Source: Saccostrea cucullata
Lineage: Eukaryota
Assembly: GCF_032062105.1 (NCBI RefSeq)
Contig: NW_026919274.1
Span: forward strand, 1,054,001 to 1,118,000
Length of the DNA: 64,000 bases
Reading direction: 5' to 3'
Shown piece by piece: positions 13,062-24,835 of the stretch (its first letter is position 1; every line of letters begins with the position of its first letter). Below the pieces are notes generated by a model that was given only the letters and a program-made list of their open reading frames with translations, was not told the origin of the DNA and made no database searches. The translations under genes were made by a program, and so were the position numbers.

Positions 13062-16000
13062 TCATTTAGTTTGGTTTTTGTGTCCCATCCTCGATAAAAC
13101 GTTTGATACATCATCAGAATGAATAAGAAATAATGTACTGAGTGTTTCTATTTTACTGTTGGAAGTTTTTTCTGGACATGCATCCATCGACTGTTTAACG
13201 GAGTTCGTAGCTCTCTTATAACAAGCGTCCCCTGCTGCCTTTTCCTTGTGTATCTGTACCTCTGAGACCTTTGAAGGACATTGATTTGATGACCTCCCTG
13301 TAGATGGGCGAATCTGTTTTATATCAATTATAGAATGCTTGTTGTTTGTGTCTGAAAGTCCCTTTGATTCTCTATTTTGTGAAGATTCTGTGTTAAGGAT
13401 TGTTTTCTCATCCATAGTGCCATCCTTGGTCACTCCTTCTTTAAACAGATTTATCCTGTTCGATAATAACCCGTCCTTCACTATGATTTTTGTCTTCCGT
13501 GGATGGCGTTTGCGTTGTTCACTTTGGAGTGAGTTTGATGTTTTTTGATTACGAAAACCTTTCGTGGTGGACAAATTTGGTTGCATCAGTTTAGATAAAT
13601 GTGGTCTATGCTGTCTTCTCTTATTTCTCATCGACTGAATGCCAAATCGGTTGTTCCAATTCCGCTGAAACCAATCAGGTATGTACTTGAATGATATTCT
13701 GATTGGCTGAGCTCTATGTCTTCGTAGATACTCTGATCGCCCATATCTTATATACTCCAGACGGAATTTGTTCTGCCTGTAAAAGAAAATTCTTGGTCTG
13801 TTTAAAAGATATGAAAGAGAGATCAAAAAGTTTGTTTGGTTGAGGAATAGACTTTCCACCAAAAACTCTTCGGAAGAAGATACAAGGTTGACATACGATG
13901 TACATTATAAACTCTTTATTTTTATATACATTATAAACTCTTTATTTTTTGAAAGATTTAATTTTTTCCATAAAATTATTCGAACATATGTTTAAACTTA
14001 AGAAAATTTTTTATTAAGAATTAATTTTTACTACAGCTAGGACACTAGTGTAAATTAAGTATGTGTGCATCGAGCAAATCAAGTCATTTCTTCTGTTGTT
14101 ATTTCGTTTAGAAACGTTTCTCAATCCCCAAATGGTCGCTATGGTGAACAATTTTTTTTAAAGTTTACTGCACATGTAAAATTTTAGATTTACAAAGAAA
14201 TTTTAGACTTCTTGCACCTTATACCCGAAGATTGTCATTTAAATCAAATAAAAAAAGTGAGCACGTCTACACCTTTTTTTTAAATAGAGACAATTGTGAT
14301 TGGTAAGGGTTGATAGTATGTAATTTAGATAAACAATGTATATAGGGAATAAAAATATGATTTTGGTAAATATCTTTAGAATGAAATATCAACAGATGGC
14401 TGTTCAAGTCATTTACATGGAAATACGTACCTTTTCTTCCACTTCCTGTAGAATATACACACACATATAATGTTGAAAAACAGCAACATAAATATCCCGC
14501 AGAGGACCACAACGCCAACATCTGTCAAACAGTAAGGTCAAAATAGACTTTTAAAGATAGGGAAGATAAAAATAGACTGCCAAAGTGAAGAAGATAGATA
14601 GAATACATAATAAGTTAAATAGACTATAAAATCAGAAAAGTACAGATAGATTTTATAGTAAGGTCAAAAAAATAGGCAACAAACTAAGGAAGGTAAAACT
14701 ATTCTGCAAAATAAGGAAGGTACAGGTAGGCTTCAAAATAAGGAAGGTACAGATAGGAAACAAAATAAGGAAGGTACAGATAAGGGCTACATTTAAGAAA
14801 GATACAAATAGGCTATGAGATAAGGAAGGCACAGCTAAGCTACATTAAAAGAAAGGTACAGATAGCCTACACAATAAGAAGGATACAGATAGGCTATAAA
14901 ATAAGGAATGTACAGATATGCTACATTATAAGAAAGGCACAGATAGCCTACATTATAAGAAGGATACAGATAGGTTATAAAATAAGGAATGTACAGATAG
15001 TCTACATTAAAAGAAAGGTACAGATAGCCTACACAATAAAAAGGATACAGATAGGTTATAAACTAAGGAATGTACAGATAGCCTACATTATAAGAAAGGT
15101 AAAGATAGCCTATAGTATAAGAAGGATACAAATAGGCTATGAAATAAGGAAGGCACAGATAAACTTCATTATAAGAAAGGTATAGATAGCCTATAGTATA
15201 AAAAGGATACAGATAGGCTATAAAATAAGGAAGGCACAGATAGACTTCACTATAAGAATGGTACAGATAGCCTACATAATAAGAAGGATACAGATAGGCC
15301 ACAAAATAAGGAATGTACAGATAGGAAACAAAATAAGGAAGGTACAGATACTGGCTACATTTGAAAAGGGTACATATAGGCTATAACATAAGGAAGGCAC
15401 AGTTAGGCTACATTATAAGAAAGGTACAGATAGCCTATATTATAAAAAGGATACAGATAGGCTATAGAATAAGGAAGGCACAATTACTGGCTACATTATA
15501 AGGAGGTTACAGATAGACTAATAATAAGGGAGGTTCAGATAGGCTAATAAGCTGCAGAACAAAATAATGATGTATAAATATGCTATAAAATAAGATAAGG
15601 AACAAATATGCTACAAAAAGGAAGACATTTGCTAGAATAGGGAAGGTACTGATAGGCTATTAAATAAAAAGAATTTATAAACGGACTAGAGACAAAAAAA
15701 TTTTTTTAAAAATAGCTACAAAATAGAAAATGTATGAATAAACTTCCAACTAAAAATACACAAATAGACTATTAAGGAAGGTACACACAGGCTAAAAAAT
15801 AAGGAAGGTACAAAATCGTTAAAATTATACAAATAACCTAGATAATAGAGAAGATCAAAACAGGCTTATAAATATGTCATGCAGTTAGGGTTGAATGCCA
15901 ATATCTATATCTTTCTTGTTGGTTGGTCACATATACTATAAAAAATTATTATATTTAACTTTCTTTGATAAAATCTTCAGCATAAGAAATAAATCTCACC

Positions 16001-16108
16001 CACATCTTGTTCTTCACGATACTCAATTTCTGACTGGCCGGACATTATGATCGTGTTTCTATCTCTCTTTGTGACTAATACCACTTTAAATGTTTGTGAA
16101 GTGGAACA
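13062..16108 (-). CDS. Gene B: single-pass membrane protein, paralogue 1 of the trio (long basic/low-complexity tail)
   Basis: Exons 16000-16108 (in-frame ATG at 16045, MSGQSEIEYREEQDV), TM exon 14431-14521 (DVGVVVLCGIFMLLFFNIICVCIFYRKWKKR) and terminal exon 13062-13776 ending KIETLSTLFLIHSDDVSNVLSRMGHKNQTK*. About 283 aa from ATG 16045; further upstream exons are possible. Confidence 0.75.
14530..15860. repeat. 27-bp minisatellite with 81-bp higher-order structure (gene B intron)
   Basis: Unit ~ataagaaaggtacagatagcctacatt. The gataca variant recurs every 81 bp (14801, 14882, 14963, 15044, 15125, 15206, 15287). Confidence 0.85.
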
Positions 16109-16319
16109 CTAATTACATGAAAATAAAATAATTAGGAATGCATAACACTATTCCAGGCACGTTATAATTGTGAATACAAAAGTTCCTTTACAGTGATTTT
16201 TTAAATAGTATTCTTTCCGGATCGTACCATCGGGATGATTAAATGTATTTCAAAATATTTTCCTCTAATTTACTAATAAATGTATTTCGAAGAATATATC
16301 AAACTGAAAGGTATTCTAG

Positions 16320-16572
16320 TTTGTATGCCATTTAACGTCCACCTCTAGAATTTTTCATTCATATGCCAGTGGAAAGCTGCAAACTTTGTCCTATACTCGG
16401 ACCATTGAACAGAGTATTTTTTCGTACCAGCCCCTACTGCGACATGGACATCGATTTATATGGTCTCATCCGAAGAACCGGTCTCCACGTCCAATATTAG
16501 GATGTGAACACGCGTCGTAAAGATCAAATCCTTACCTCACAAAACTTTCTTGCCACAGCGTAACGCGGGCAA
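16320..16572 (-). mobile_element. SINE copy (same family as 1657-1954)
   Basis: Reverse-complement match across tail, core (ggtctcatccgaagaaccggtctcc) and head. Confidence 0.7.
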
Positions 16573-16754
16573 CTTCTTGTTTTGTAGTAGCTGTAACGGG
16601 AAAAATGTGCACAATGATATCAGAGACCAACAATTCTACCTATCATAAAGTATAATATTAGGAGATTAACTTTTTTCTTATGAACACATATTCAATGACT
16701 TTGATGAATAACAATATAACAATATTGCGCCTTTTATTGATTTTCTGTATGAGA

Positions 16755-17900
16755 CTGGTAAACAAGGGATACTTGCTCCTCAGTGGCACCTTATCCCACC
16801 TCTAATGTTTTCAGAGGTCCGTGTTTGCTCTATTCCCGATTCGTATTATTGGAATTGTGAGATATTATTCATAGTGACATAACGTATTGGTATTTTTGCA
16901 TTCATGAAGATACTTTAATAAGAAGCAGAGCAAATGATATCCCATAAAACATAAGAGTGAGGTCAACTGCTAAGGAAAAGTGAGTATCACCTGTAAAGGT
17001 ATCACACCCACAGCTAGCGTAATCCGTTTCTTGATCGGGAAAAACAAAAAGAAAAATACACTATTCATTGTATAAATAATTGCCCAACAATAAGATTGAT
17101 AAACATCAGTGAGCATTTGACTCAACGATAGGTTTTATTTGCTGACACTGTCATTGTTTAGACAAAATAACGCAAAATAATGACCTCAAGGGAGACTGTT
17201 GACATCCTTGTTTCATCAACTAGTTTGCCAATATAGCTTGCGTCGTTTTATAAATTGTTCTTGCGTATCGAAGAAACGGGAGAGATATAAACGCCGTGTG
17301 CAGTTGATGAAGGTATATTGCTGCATTAGTAACAATTGAGAAGTTTTACTGATCACGTTTTTCAAAAAGCTTGGTTGTTAGGTTACCATTAATGTTTTTC
17401 TTCAATTAAAACATTCAAATGTCAGATTCTTGGGGATCTTAAATTTTATTTCAAGCTCACTGTGATTCTTCTATATCTAGTCGACATATGAATGGAAGAA
17501 ACTAATGCTAATTGATATACGTAGTCGATTTAACAACATGTCGAGTTGATTGATCGATTGTATGTTGTTTAACGTCTCTCTCGAGAATTTTTCACTTATA
17601 TGGAGACGCCACCGGTGGAGAGCTTCACATTTTGCCCTATACTAGACACGATCTCATCCGAATGGCCGGTCTCCACGACCTACAGTGAAATATCGAGTTG
17701 TCGAGGTTTTTTTTATTAAGATTGGTTCACAAAATACACAAATAGGTCTGCAAACAACGGGGCGCAATTAGTACCGTAACAGATTGTTTGGAAGACTTGA
17801 TCTCCGAAAACTACAAAGATGCGTCGTCTCAATCCACGGTTCGTAGTCCGTGGCTGCTTGACTGCTTGATAACATCAATTGTAGTATTTTTGAATATTTA
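16755..17900. mobile_element. Penelope-like (Naiad-type) remnants in inverted arrangement, interrupted by a SINE fragment at ~17545-17685
   Basis: Plus-strand tail ggcaccttatcccacctcta..gtccgtgtttgctc at 16760-16860. The minus-strand tail and RT pieces run 16925-17900 and include VFGDQVF..GTNCAP at 17757-17812. Confidence 0.55.
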
Positions 17901-20900
17901 CGCCTCTGTGCTGTGACGTAATGTTTAGCCAATGACAATGTTTGCTTCCATCTTAATTGAGATCAACAGTTGACATCATCATTAAACAAAAATAATTTGT
18001 AAACTGGATGGGTTATTGAAAGATCGTATCAAAGTTCATTTTCCGACTATGCTTTACTAACACTTGTCAATATTTAAATGAGCTACGAAATATTCTCTTT
18101 TCATTCAACCACGGCCAGAATGGGAGAGGATCGTGCATTTTGGCCTTGATTTGTCAATATTGTCAATCAGAATCAGAAACTTAAGCATCGTTTTAATATC
18201 AAATCCATATTACTTATGTTTACAATCAATTATATGAAAAATTAAATTAAAGACTTTGGAGTATATTGTTTAATAAGGTAGAAACACTGATAAAAATTCT
18301 TCTGAACAATAATATTTCTATTTTTGTTTTACGTTTGCTTGCTTACCTCAAAGAACATTTAAGACAGATCCAATTTTTTTTTAAAAATTCAATTTCTTTT
18401 ATTAAAAAAAGCCTTAATTTTAGATGGCTAAACTTACATGAATCAAATAATGAGATTCATCGTTCTTACTTTTTTTGGTCCTCCATAAAGAACGTTTATG
18501 AAAATATCAGACTTCATTTTTTTTAAGCGGATAAAAAGAATCTACTTTCGACTATGAACGAAGAACTTAAAATTTTCTTCTCGATGTTTGTTATGTCATT
18601 AGAAGATTTTCTCATCGAAACACTAGACTTAAGTATAATTTTTTTTATAATCAAGGAAAGCAGATGTTTATAATCGTCACATTAACCAGAAGTAAAGTTA
18701 CAATCTCATGATGTTATTATATGTAATTCGTGGTAATTACTGTCACTTCCTGCATCATGAAATAAGGATAAAACATTTCTTCCTTTTATTTTTTATCAAT
18801 CGAAAATGCATCTAAACTTAATTATATATTGACAAGTATGCAATTATGCAACACGAGTGTTTTGTAAGAAAGTGAAAATGTTAAACATGTACGTTGGGTT
18901 TTTTTATAGGGATAAATAAGATTTTTCTGAAAATCAATTTACCGGAATAATATATCATGTCCTAACATGACAACCCAACAAGATTTTTTTTCAAATCAAT
19001 TTACACTCTATCTTTTTTCAATTTAAAATGTTATTAAGCATATTTAAACTAATCATGCTGAAATTAACTTTGTTAGTAAAAATGCTTATTTCGCATAATT
19101 ACTCGGTGAGTAACAATGGAGATCGTTAATCTTTGAAACAAATATATTACAAGCAATTATATTTAATCTACGTTGTAATTCTTACAGAATTTATTTGTTT
19201 TACGAATAAATAAACAAAAATCAATGAGGCCCTGCTGGATAGATTCTTTCTATCAAAGAAATAGTGGAAAAAGAACTGATTTACCAATTGAAAAAAATAC
19301 TTTTGTACTGTTTGTACTATTCTAAACCACGTAATGTTGATGATATGTAAAAGTGAGTTTACAGACCTTGTGTACTAGCTGCCTTATTTAAATGCAAAGT
19401 TTATAAACAAAATTGTTTTTGTGAAAAATGAAACCTTTCATTTTGCATTATTACTCGGTGAGTAACAAGAAGAAGATCGTTCACACGGAATCTTTGAAAC
19501 AAATATATTACAAACGATTATATTTAATCTACGTTGTAATTCTTACAGAAATTATTTGTTTTACGGAAGTTTAAATAATTTACAAAAATTATTATGTGAA
19601 CGCTAAGCGAAGCTAATTCGAATTAAATTTTGACGCATGCGTAAGGCCAGAATTAATCACAAAGTTATATATAGGTATTTGTGCTATATTTGGAAAAAGT
19701 TAATCACTAAAATCAATGATTTGCTACATGATGTATCAAAGGATTGAAAAAAATGACTTTTGTACTGTCGCATTGTTTACTTCGCATTAGCTGTCGTGTG
19801 AACGCAATTTAACGCATTAAGGAATGTTGAGAAAACAGAAAGGAAATTTCATAAAGTATAATATATTAAATCAAAATTGTTTTAAATGTGATAAAATACT
19901 AAGTTTTAACACAATATCAATTTTAAAATTTCATATTTTATTAAAGAAAATATAAACAAAATTGTTTTTGTGAATGATAATGTGAAACCATTTTTTCAAA
20001 ATCTTTTATTTCTTGCAATAATTTTCAAAATGTAAAGATTGTAAGACATCACTTTTCAAATTTTATATGTCTTAAAGATAATAAATTATTTCAAATAATT
20101 AAATGCTATTAAATAAAGAAATTCAGAAATATGAGCAAACCATTTCAGGCAATATATCTCAATAATTTGATCATTGATCCCATATAATGTTAATACCATG
20201 AGAATTATGGCAACAAAGGTAATATGAGGCTATAAATAATTTCTCATCAGTCATATTTTTTTAATATTCGATTAAAAATGGGGAAAAATACAAATATGAC
20301 AGAGGAAATTCTGTAATTTTAAAAGTTTTTGACCCTGTTCACGTTTCTTTATATGAAGCAACAAGAGTTTCATTGCAATAATATTTCAATATTTAAAGAG
20401 TTTTGTTGCTTGTAATATTTTGTTGAAGAAAAAATTGGTCATAGTGTGAAAAATCAACGTATTTTGTTCACACTAGCATGAAAAGAGTCATTGACCTAAT
20501 TATTTGAAATCAAAATTTAACACAAGAATTATAGGTGTAAAATGTGCAATAGGTGGTTTTTCGTTGTCATCAGTGGAATTTTTTAGTCATCTGAGTAAAG
20601 GTATACCTTAATTTGATTCGCATTAGTTTACTTCGCATTAATTTAGAATTGTGAACAGGGCATTAATGAATTAGTTTAATTCGAATAAGTTTACTGCGCA
20701 TTAATGCCCTGCGGAGATTAATGCCCTGTTCACACGAGAATTTAAGAGTTTTTGAGTTTACATTAAATTACTTCGCATTAGCTCCATCATGTCCATGTGA
20801 ACGCTAAGCGAAGCTAATTCGAATTAAATTCTGACGCATGCGTAATGGCAAAATTTAGTCAAATACCACCTTTCGATGGTCAGCTATAGAAACTTGTGCT

Positions 20901-21069
20901 ATTTTTGAGTGAAAACTAAGGAAAATTTTGTTAATCATTAAAATGTGTGTACAGACACTGTGACATTATGTCAGTTGGAGAAGGTGACGTGATTTGCAAA
21001 TGACGTCATAATAGCCGTGCTGACGCCGGGCTGCAGAAGTAAAATTTTAATTCGCATTAGTTTACTTAA

Positions 21070-22002
21070 CGACGTTCGATCCTGATATTTAAAGTCTTAA
21101 ACTTTTTTGCCAAGTATATTTTTAGTGTCTACAAACATAGCTTAATTAAAATTCAAATAAAAAAATGGGGGTCAATACGCATCTTTTGGCGCTACAGTTC
21201 ATTTAATATGACCTTTTTGCACTGAAATTTGTGTCTTAATTAAAAATTATATTTTTGAACGATTTCCCTCTTATATTTTTATCCAATTAAAGCATTAAAC
21301 AAAATGAACTCTAAGTTTGTTTAAAAAAAGACACTTAAAAGGTGTGACTAAGAAAACATTTTAAATTGCTTCGCATAATCAATTATTTGTCCTTTCTGCA
21401 CTAACAAAAAGTGATTTTTCTGGCATTGAAAATTTAATAGGCAAGAAAATTCTTTTAAAGTCTTAAACTTTTTCTGATTTTAAGCAAATAGGCCAAATTT
21501 ATCTTGAATATTTAGAAAAGAACATCAAAAGCGGGGTATAAAATGTAAATTTTCAGATATTACTACAAAAGTGTCAATTTTACGTTAAAATTGGCTCTAT
21601 TTTTTCCCGGATTTTCAGAATATATTTACTATATTTGTCAAACTTTGTTGATAGAATTCATAAGAAATAATTCAAAAGATATTTTAGAAGCAGCGTAACA
21701 CATTTAACTGCATAAAATAGGTTTTGTGCAACCAGGATGGAAAAATAGAAATCCTAAATTAACAGTAATGTTATAGTTCAAAATTGAAAAACTTATCATT
21801 TTCGTCTAAAAAACCTTCCGCCACAAAATATAGTCCCTATCTTAATTCTACTTGAATGGAATTTATTCGCTGTTTTTTCATTGAATATAGTTAAATTTGC
21901 ACTGTAGAATTCAGATTTAATGTTAGAACTTAAAAATGATGCAGAATTTTATAAATAAAGGACCTGACCAAATTACGCTCAAAATCTCAGGATCGAACGT
22001 CC
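21070..22002. mobile_element. TTAA-targeting (Kolobok-like) MITE
   Basis: TIR (c)gacgttcgatcctga / tcaggatcgaacgtcc with TTAA on both sides. Confidence 0.7.
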
Positions 22003-22012
22003 TTAAGGAAAA

Positions 22013-22152
22013 ATAACAAGTTTATAAACTTCAGTGGGAATTGAAGTGGGTCGGTCACGTGATCAAATCCTGTGAAGGCAGAAGGCCTTCTCGGAAGATT
22101 TGATCATATACCGACCCACTTCAATTCCTTTTGAAGTTTATAAACTTGTTAT
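22013..22152. repeat. Long hairpin, probable terminus of a non-autonomous (tentatively Crypton-like) element
   Basis: Arms ataacaagtttataaacttca..gaagtgggtcggt / accgacccacttc..tgaagtttataaacttgttat, with central aggcagaaggcct. Confidence 0.6.
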
Positions 22153-24477
22153 CTATTACTTATATATACATTTGAGACGGACAATTAAACATTAAATTCG
22201 ATATTTTTGGATATAAATATTGCACTAACCGGTCGCCGTAGATTTCCTTCAAGAGTACGCAAGGTGTAAATCGGCTTGAAAATCGGTTATGCATTGAATT
22301 CGTGACAGGCTAAGAATATTGTGACGTTACCTATTTTCGATAGTATCCTAATTTCGATAGGCTTAATGTTTTTAACAATAAATCAGAAAACCTTTCGTAA
22401 TTTTTTGGAACTCTTATCCCAAAATTATCATCAGATGTAAAAAGTGTAATCAAGCCAAAAAATAGAAAATTATGCCATCTAGAGAGGTAAGATTCTATTT
22501 TTCTTTTTATCTATTCAAATCAAGCCCTTCTCTCATAATGCCAAAAAATTTACTCTAAAACCCTATGTTCTAAGCCTGAAAACAACATTTGATGTTTTAA
22601 TGTTATCGTCTGTAAAAAAGCTCTGTGTTATATTGTTGATATTGCTCTTGAATAGACAAACAAAGTATCAGGTCGTGAGTTCTACTTGAAATACTTCCCT
22701 GGCGTATGACATTGTCCGAACAAGGTAAATATAATTTTTTTAGGTTCATAGAAAGCTATTTTTACTCAGTTTTTATCTGTTACAACTTGAAATGTTAACA
22801 AAAATCATTCTAAAGGCACGTTTTATGAATTTGTCATCGAGAATAAAAAATTATTTGCAAAGGTATTTCTGCCCAACCTAAGCTAACCCATCAATTAAAA
22901 AGTGCAAAATATGTTTAGATATTTTTATGCAAAATTACAGTTTGAACAGAGGCAGCACTTTTTGGTGATCATTTTTTAAGTATATTGAAGTGGTGATGAT
23001 TATGTGCTTTATTACCTCCCTGTTGTTTATAGTTTTGTTCAACTTACGTCATATATTTTCATGGTAGACATGTTCTGTGTAGTTTCATTGCCTAAAATTA
23101 TGACAACATTTGCTTATGAATGAAACTAATCTTGTGAATAAGTTGAATTTAAATGCATCCCATTTTTTTATGTTCTGTGTTATGCTACACTAATACAAAG
23201 AAAAGGGTTATAGATAGGAGTTATCCTTCCTAACTCAAATTTATCTTTCCCTTGAGACACACATCGCTGTCTGAGGTAGGCTCTACCTAACACTTGATTT
23301 TATGGAAACTAGAAGGTGTTTAAACAAATTTCATTTAGAATATACTTGTATGAACATAGAATAATGAAAAATGACATTTGACCTTATATTGTATTTTTAT
23401 TTTTAGGAAGAATTGCTACTTGATTGCATTGCTTTGATTTCCGATAGATTTACACATTTATCGTGAGTAGAATTAAATGGAAAAATATAGTTTTAGCCTA
23501 TATCATGAAGATTAATCTTAAGATCTACGATCTTAGGATAAAAGTTAGAGACTGTGCAGCTGACAAAAGTGACGTACAACTTGTAAACAAAGGCTAGTTT
23601 CTATCGGTATATTCTCTATGCACACAGGTTAAATGAAATCGATCGCCAAAAATGTATGAAGTACTAGTTTACGTAGTAAATAAAACAATTATTTCACTTG
23701 CTTTAATATTTTGTTCATTTTTTATGCATGAAAACTATTGAAAAGCAAGTCATTTTATATTTTTAAGTAATGGTAGATATTATTGCGCCGTGTGATTCGG
23801 CCATCTATTGACTTCTGACCTCTGACAAACTTCATACAGAATTGAAGATAATTTCTCTCTGTATGTTTATATAATCATAATGGAAAGATACCACAAATGT
23901 ATATATTTCGCATTAGCTGTCGTGTGAACGCAATTTAATTCGCATTAGTTTACTTCGCATTAATTTGCTGTGAATCAAACTCTCCATGTGAACAGGGCAT
24001 AAGAGTAAGAAGGGTTAATTCCTTTTTCTGACAATTATTTCTAAAATTACAGCCGATACTTTATAGATATTACGAATTCCAGATACTAGTATCATACACT
24101 ATACATTATTGCGTGAGTAAGTTACCTCTTTTCTCAAATTTGCAATAAGAACAAAATTACTCGAGGGCCTGTCTGAAAGGAATACTTTCTGACAAATATC
24201 ATTTACAAGCGTTTAATTTAACGTCATGTTATAACCTGAATATGATAAACATTAAAATGAACAATTTGAATCAAAAGAAGTCAAATGTATTTTGATAACA
24301 GACATATTTGAAAATTCAAATAACAGAAAATGGATTATGAAGCATGTCAAAATTAGAAAGTTTCTTGCACCTCTTGATAAGTAAAAGAAATCTGTTTATG
24401 GTGGACCTTTTCCGATGCATCTGCATTAAGAGTGTTAATACAGATTATTAAGGAAACCACCAAGCCTTGTTCAATTT

Positions 24478-24670
24478 GTTTTGTTGTTTCATGTCTCTTT
24501 CGACGATTTTCCACTCCTATGGAGACGTCACCACCTGTCAATGGTGAGGTGCAAATTTGACATGTACTCGGTCCCAGGGCTATTGAGCAGGGAAGTATCT
24601 TTTTCGTGGGATTCAAACCTTCGAAGTAAGGATCAACTCCTTACTTCACGACTCTAGAGCTTACGCTGGT
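24478..24670 (-). mobile_element. SINE copy with internal deletion
   Basis: Tail, core and head (gtaaggatcaactccttac..gactctagagc) match the reverse complement of 1657-1954. Confidence 0.65.
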
Positions 24671-24835
24671 CTCTAGAAAGAATGAATTGTTCTTCGATAA
24701 CTCGGGACAAGTTCTATGGGATTGAAAGCGTTCAACCTTTCAAACATTTATCGAAGATACCGACCCTTTGCTTCATGCATGTGTACCTATTTATATACAT
24801 GTACAAAAAGAATCATAAAAGATAGGTAAAAGAAT

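Larger units (their letters stand above)
20722..23999. mobile_element. PIF/Harbinger-type MITE containing nested elements
   Basis: TIR tgccctgttcaca / tgtgaacagggca with TAA TSDs (20719-20721, 24000-24002) and ttcgcatta subrepeats. Related fragments lie at 19590-19820 and 20610-20665. Confidence 0.65.

Noticed and set aside
13777-13862. N-terminal part of the 266-aa ORF as real coding sequence
   Set aside because: It lies upstream of a strong acceptor (ttttcttttacag) and is intronic read-through.
14530-15860. CRISPR-like array or Tyr-rich coding ORF (15063-15302)
   Set aside because: Contiguous degenerate monomers without unique spacers in a eukaryotic intron; the ORF is a by-product of the 27-bp (9-codon) period.
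19097-19565. ~110-bp direct repeat pair
   Set aside because: Local AT-rich duplication without coding, terminal or structural signals.
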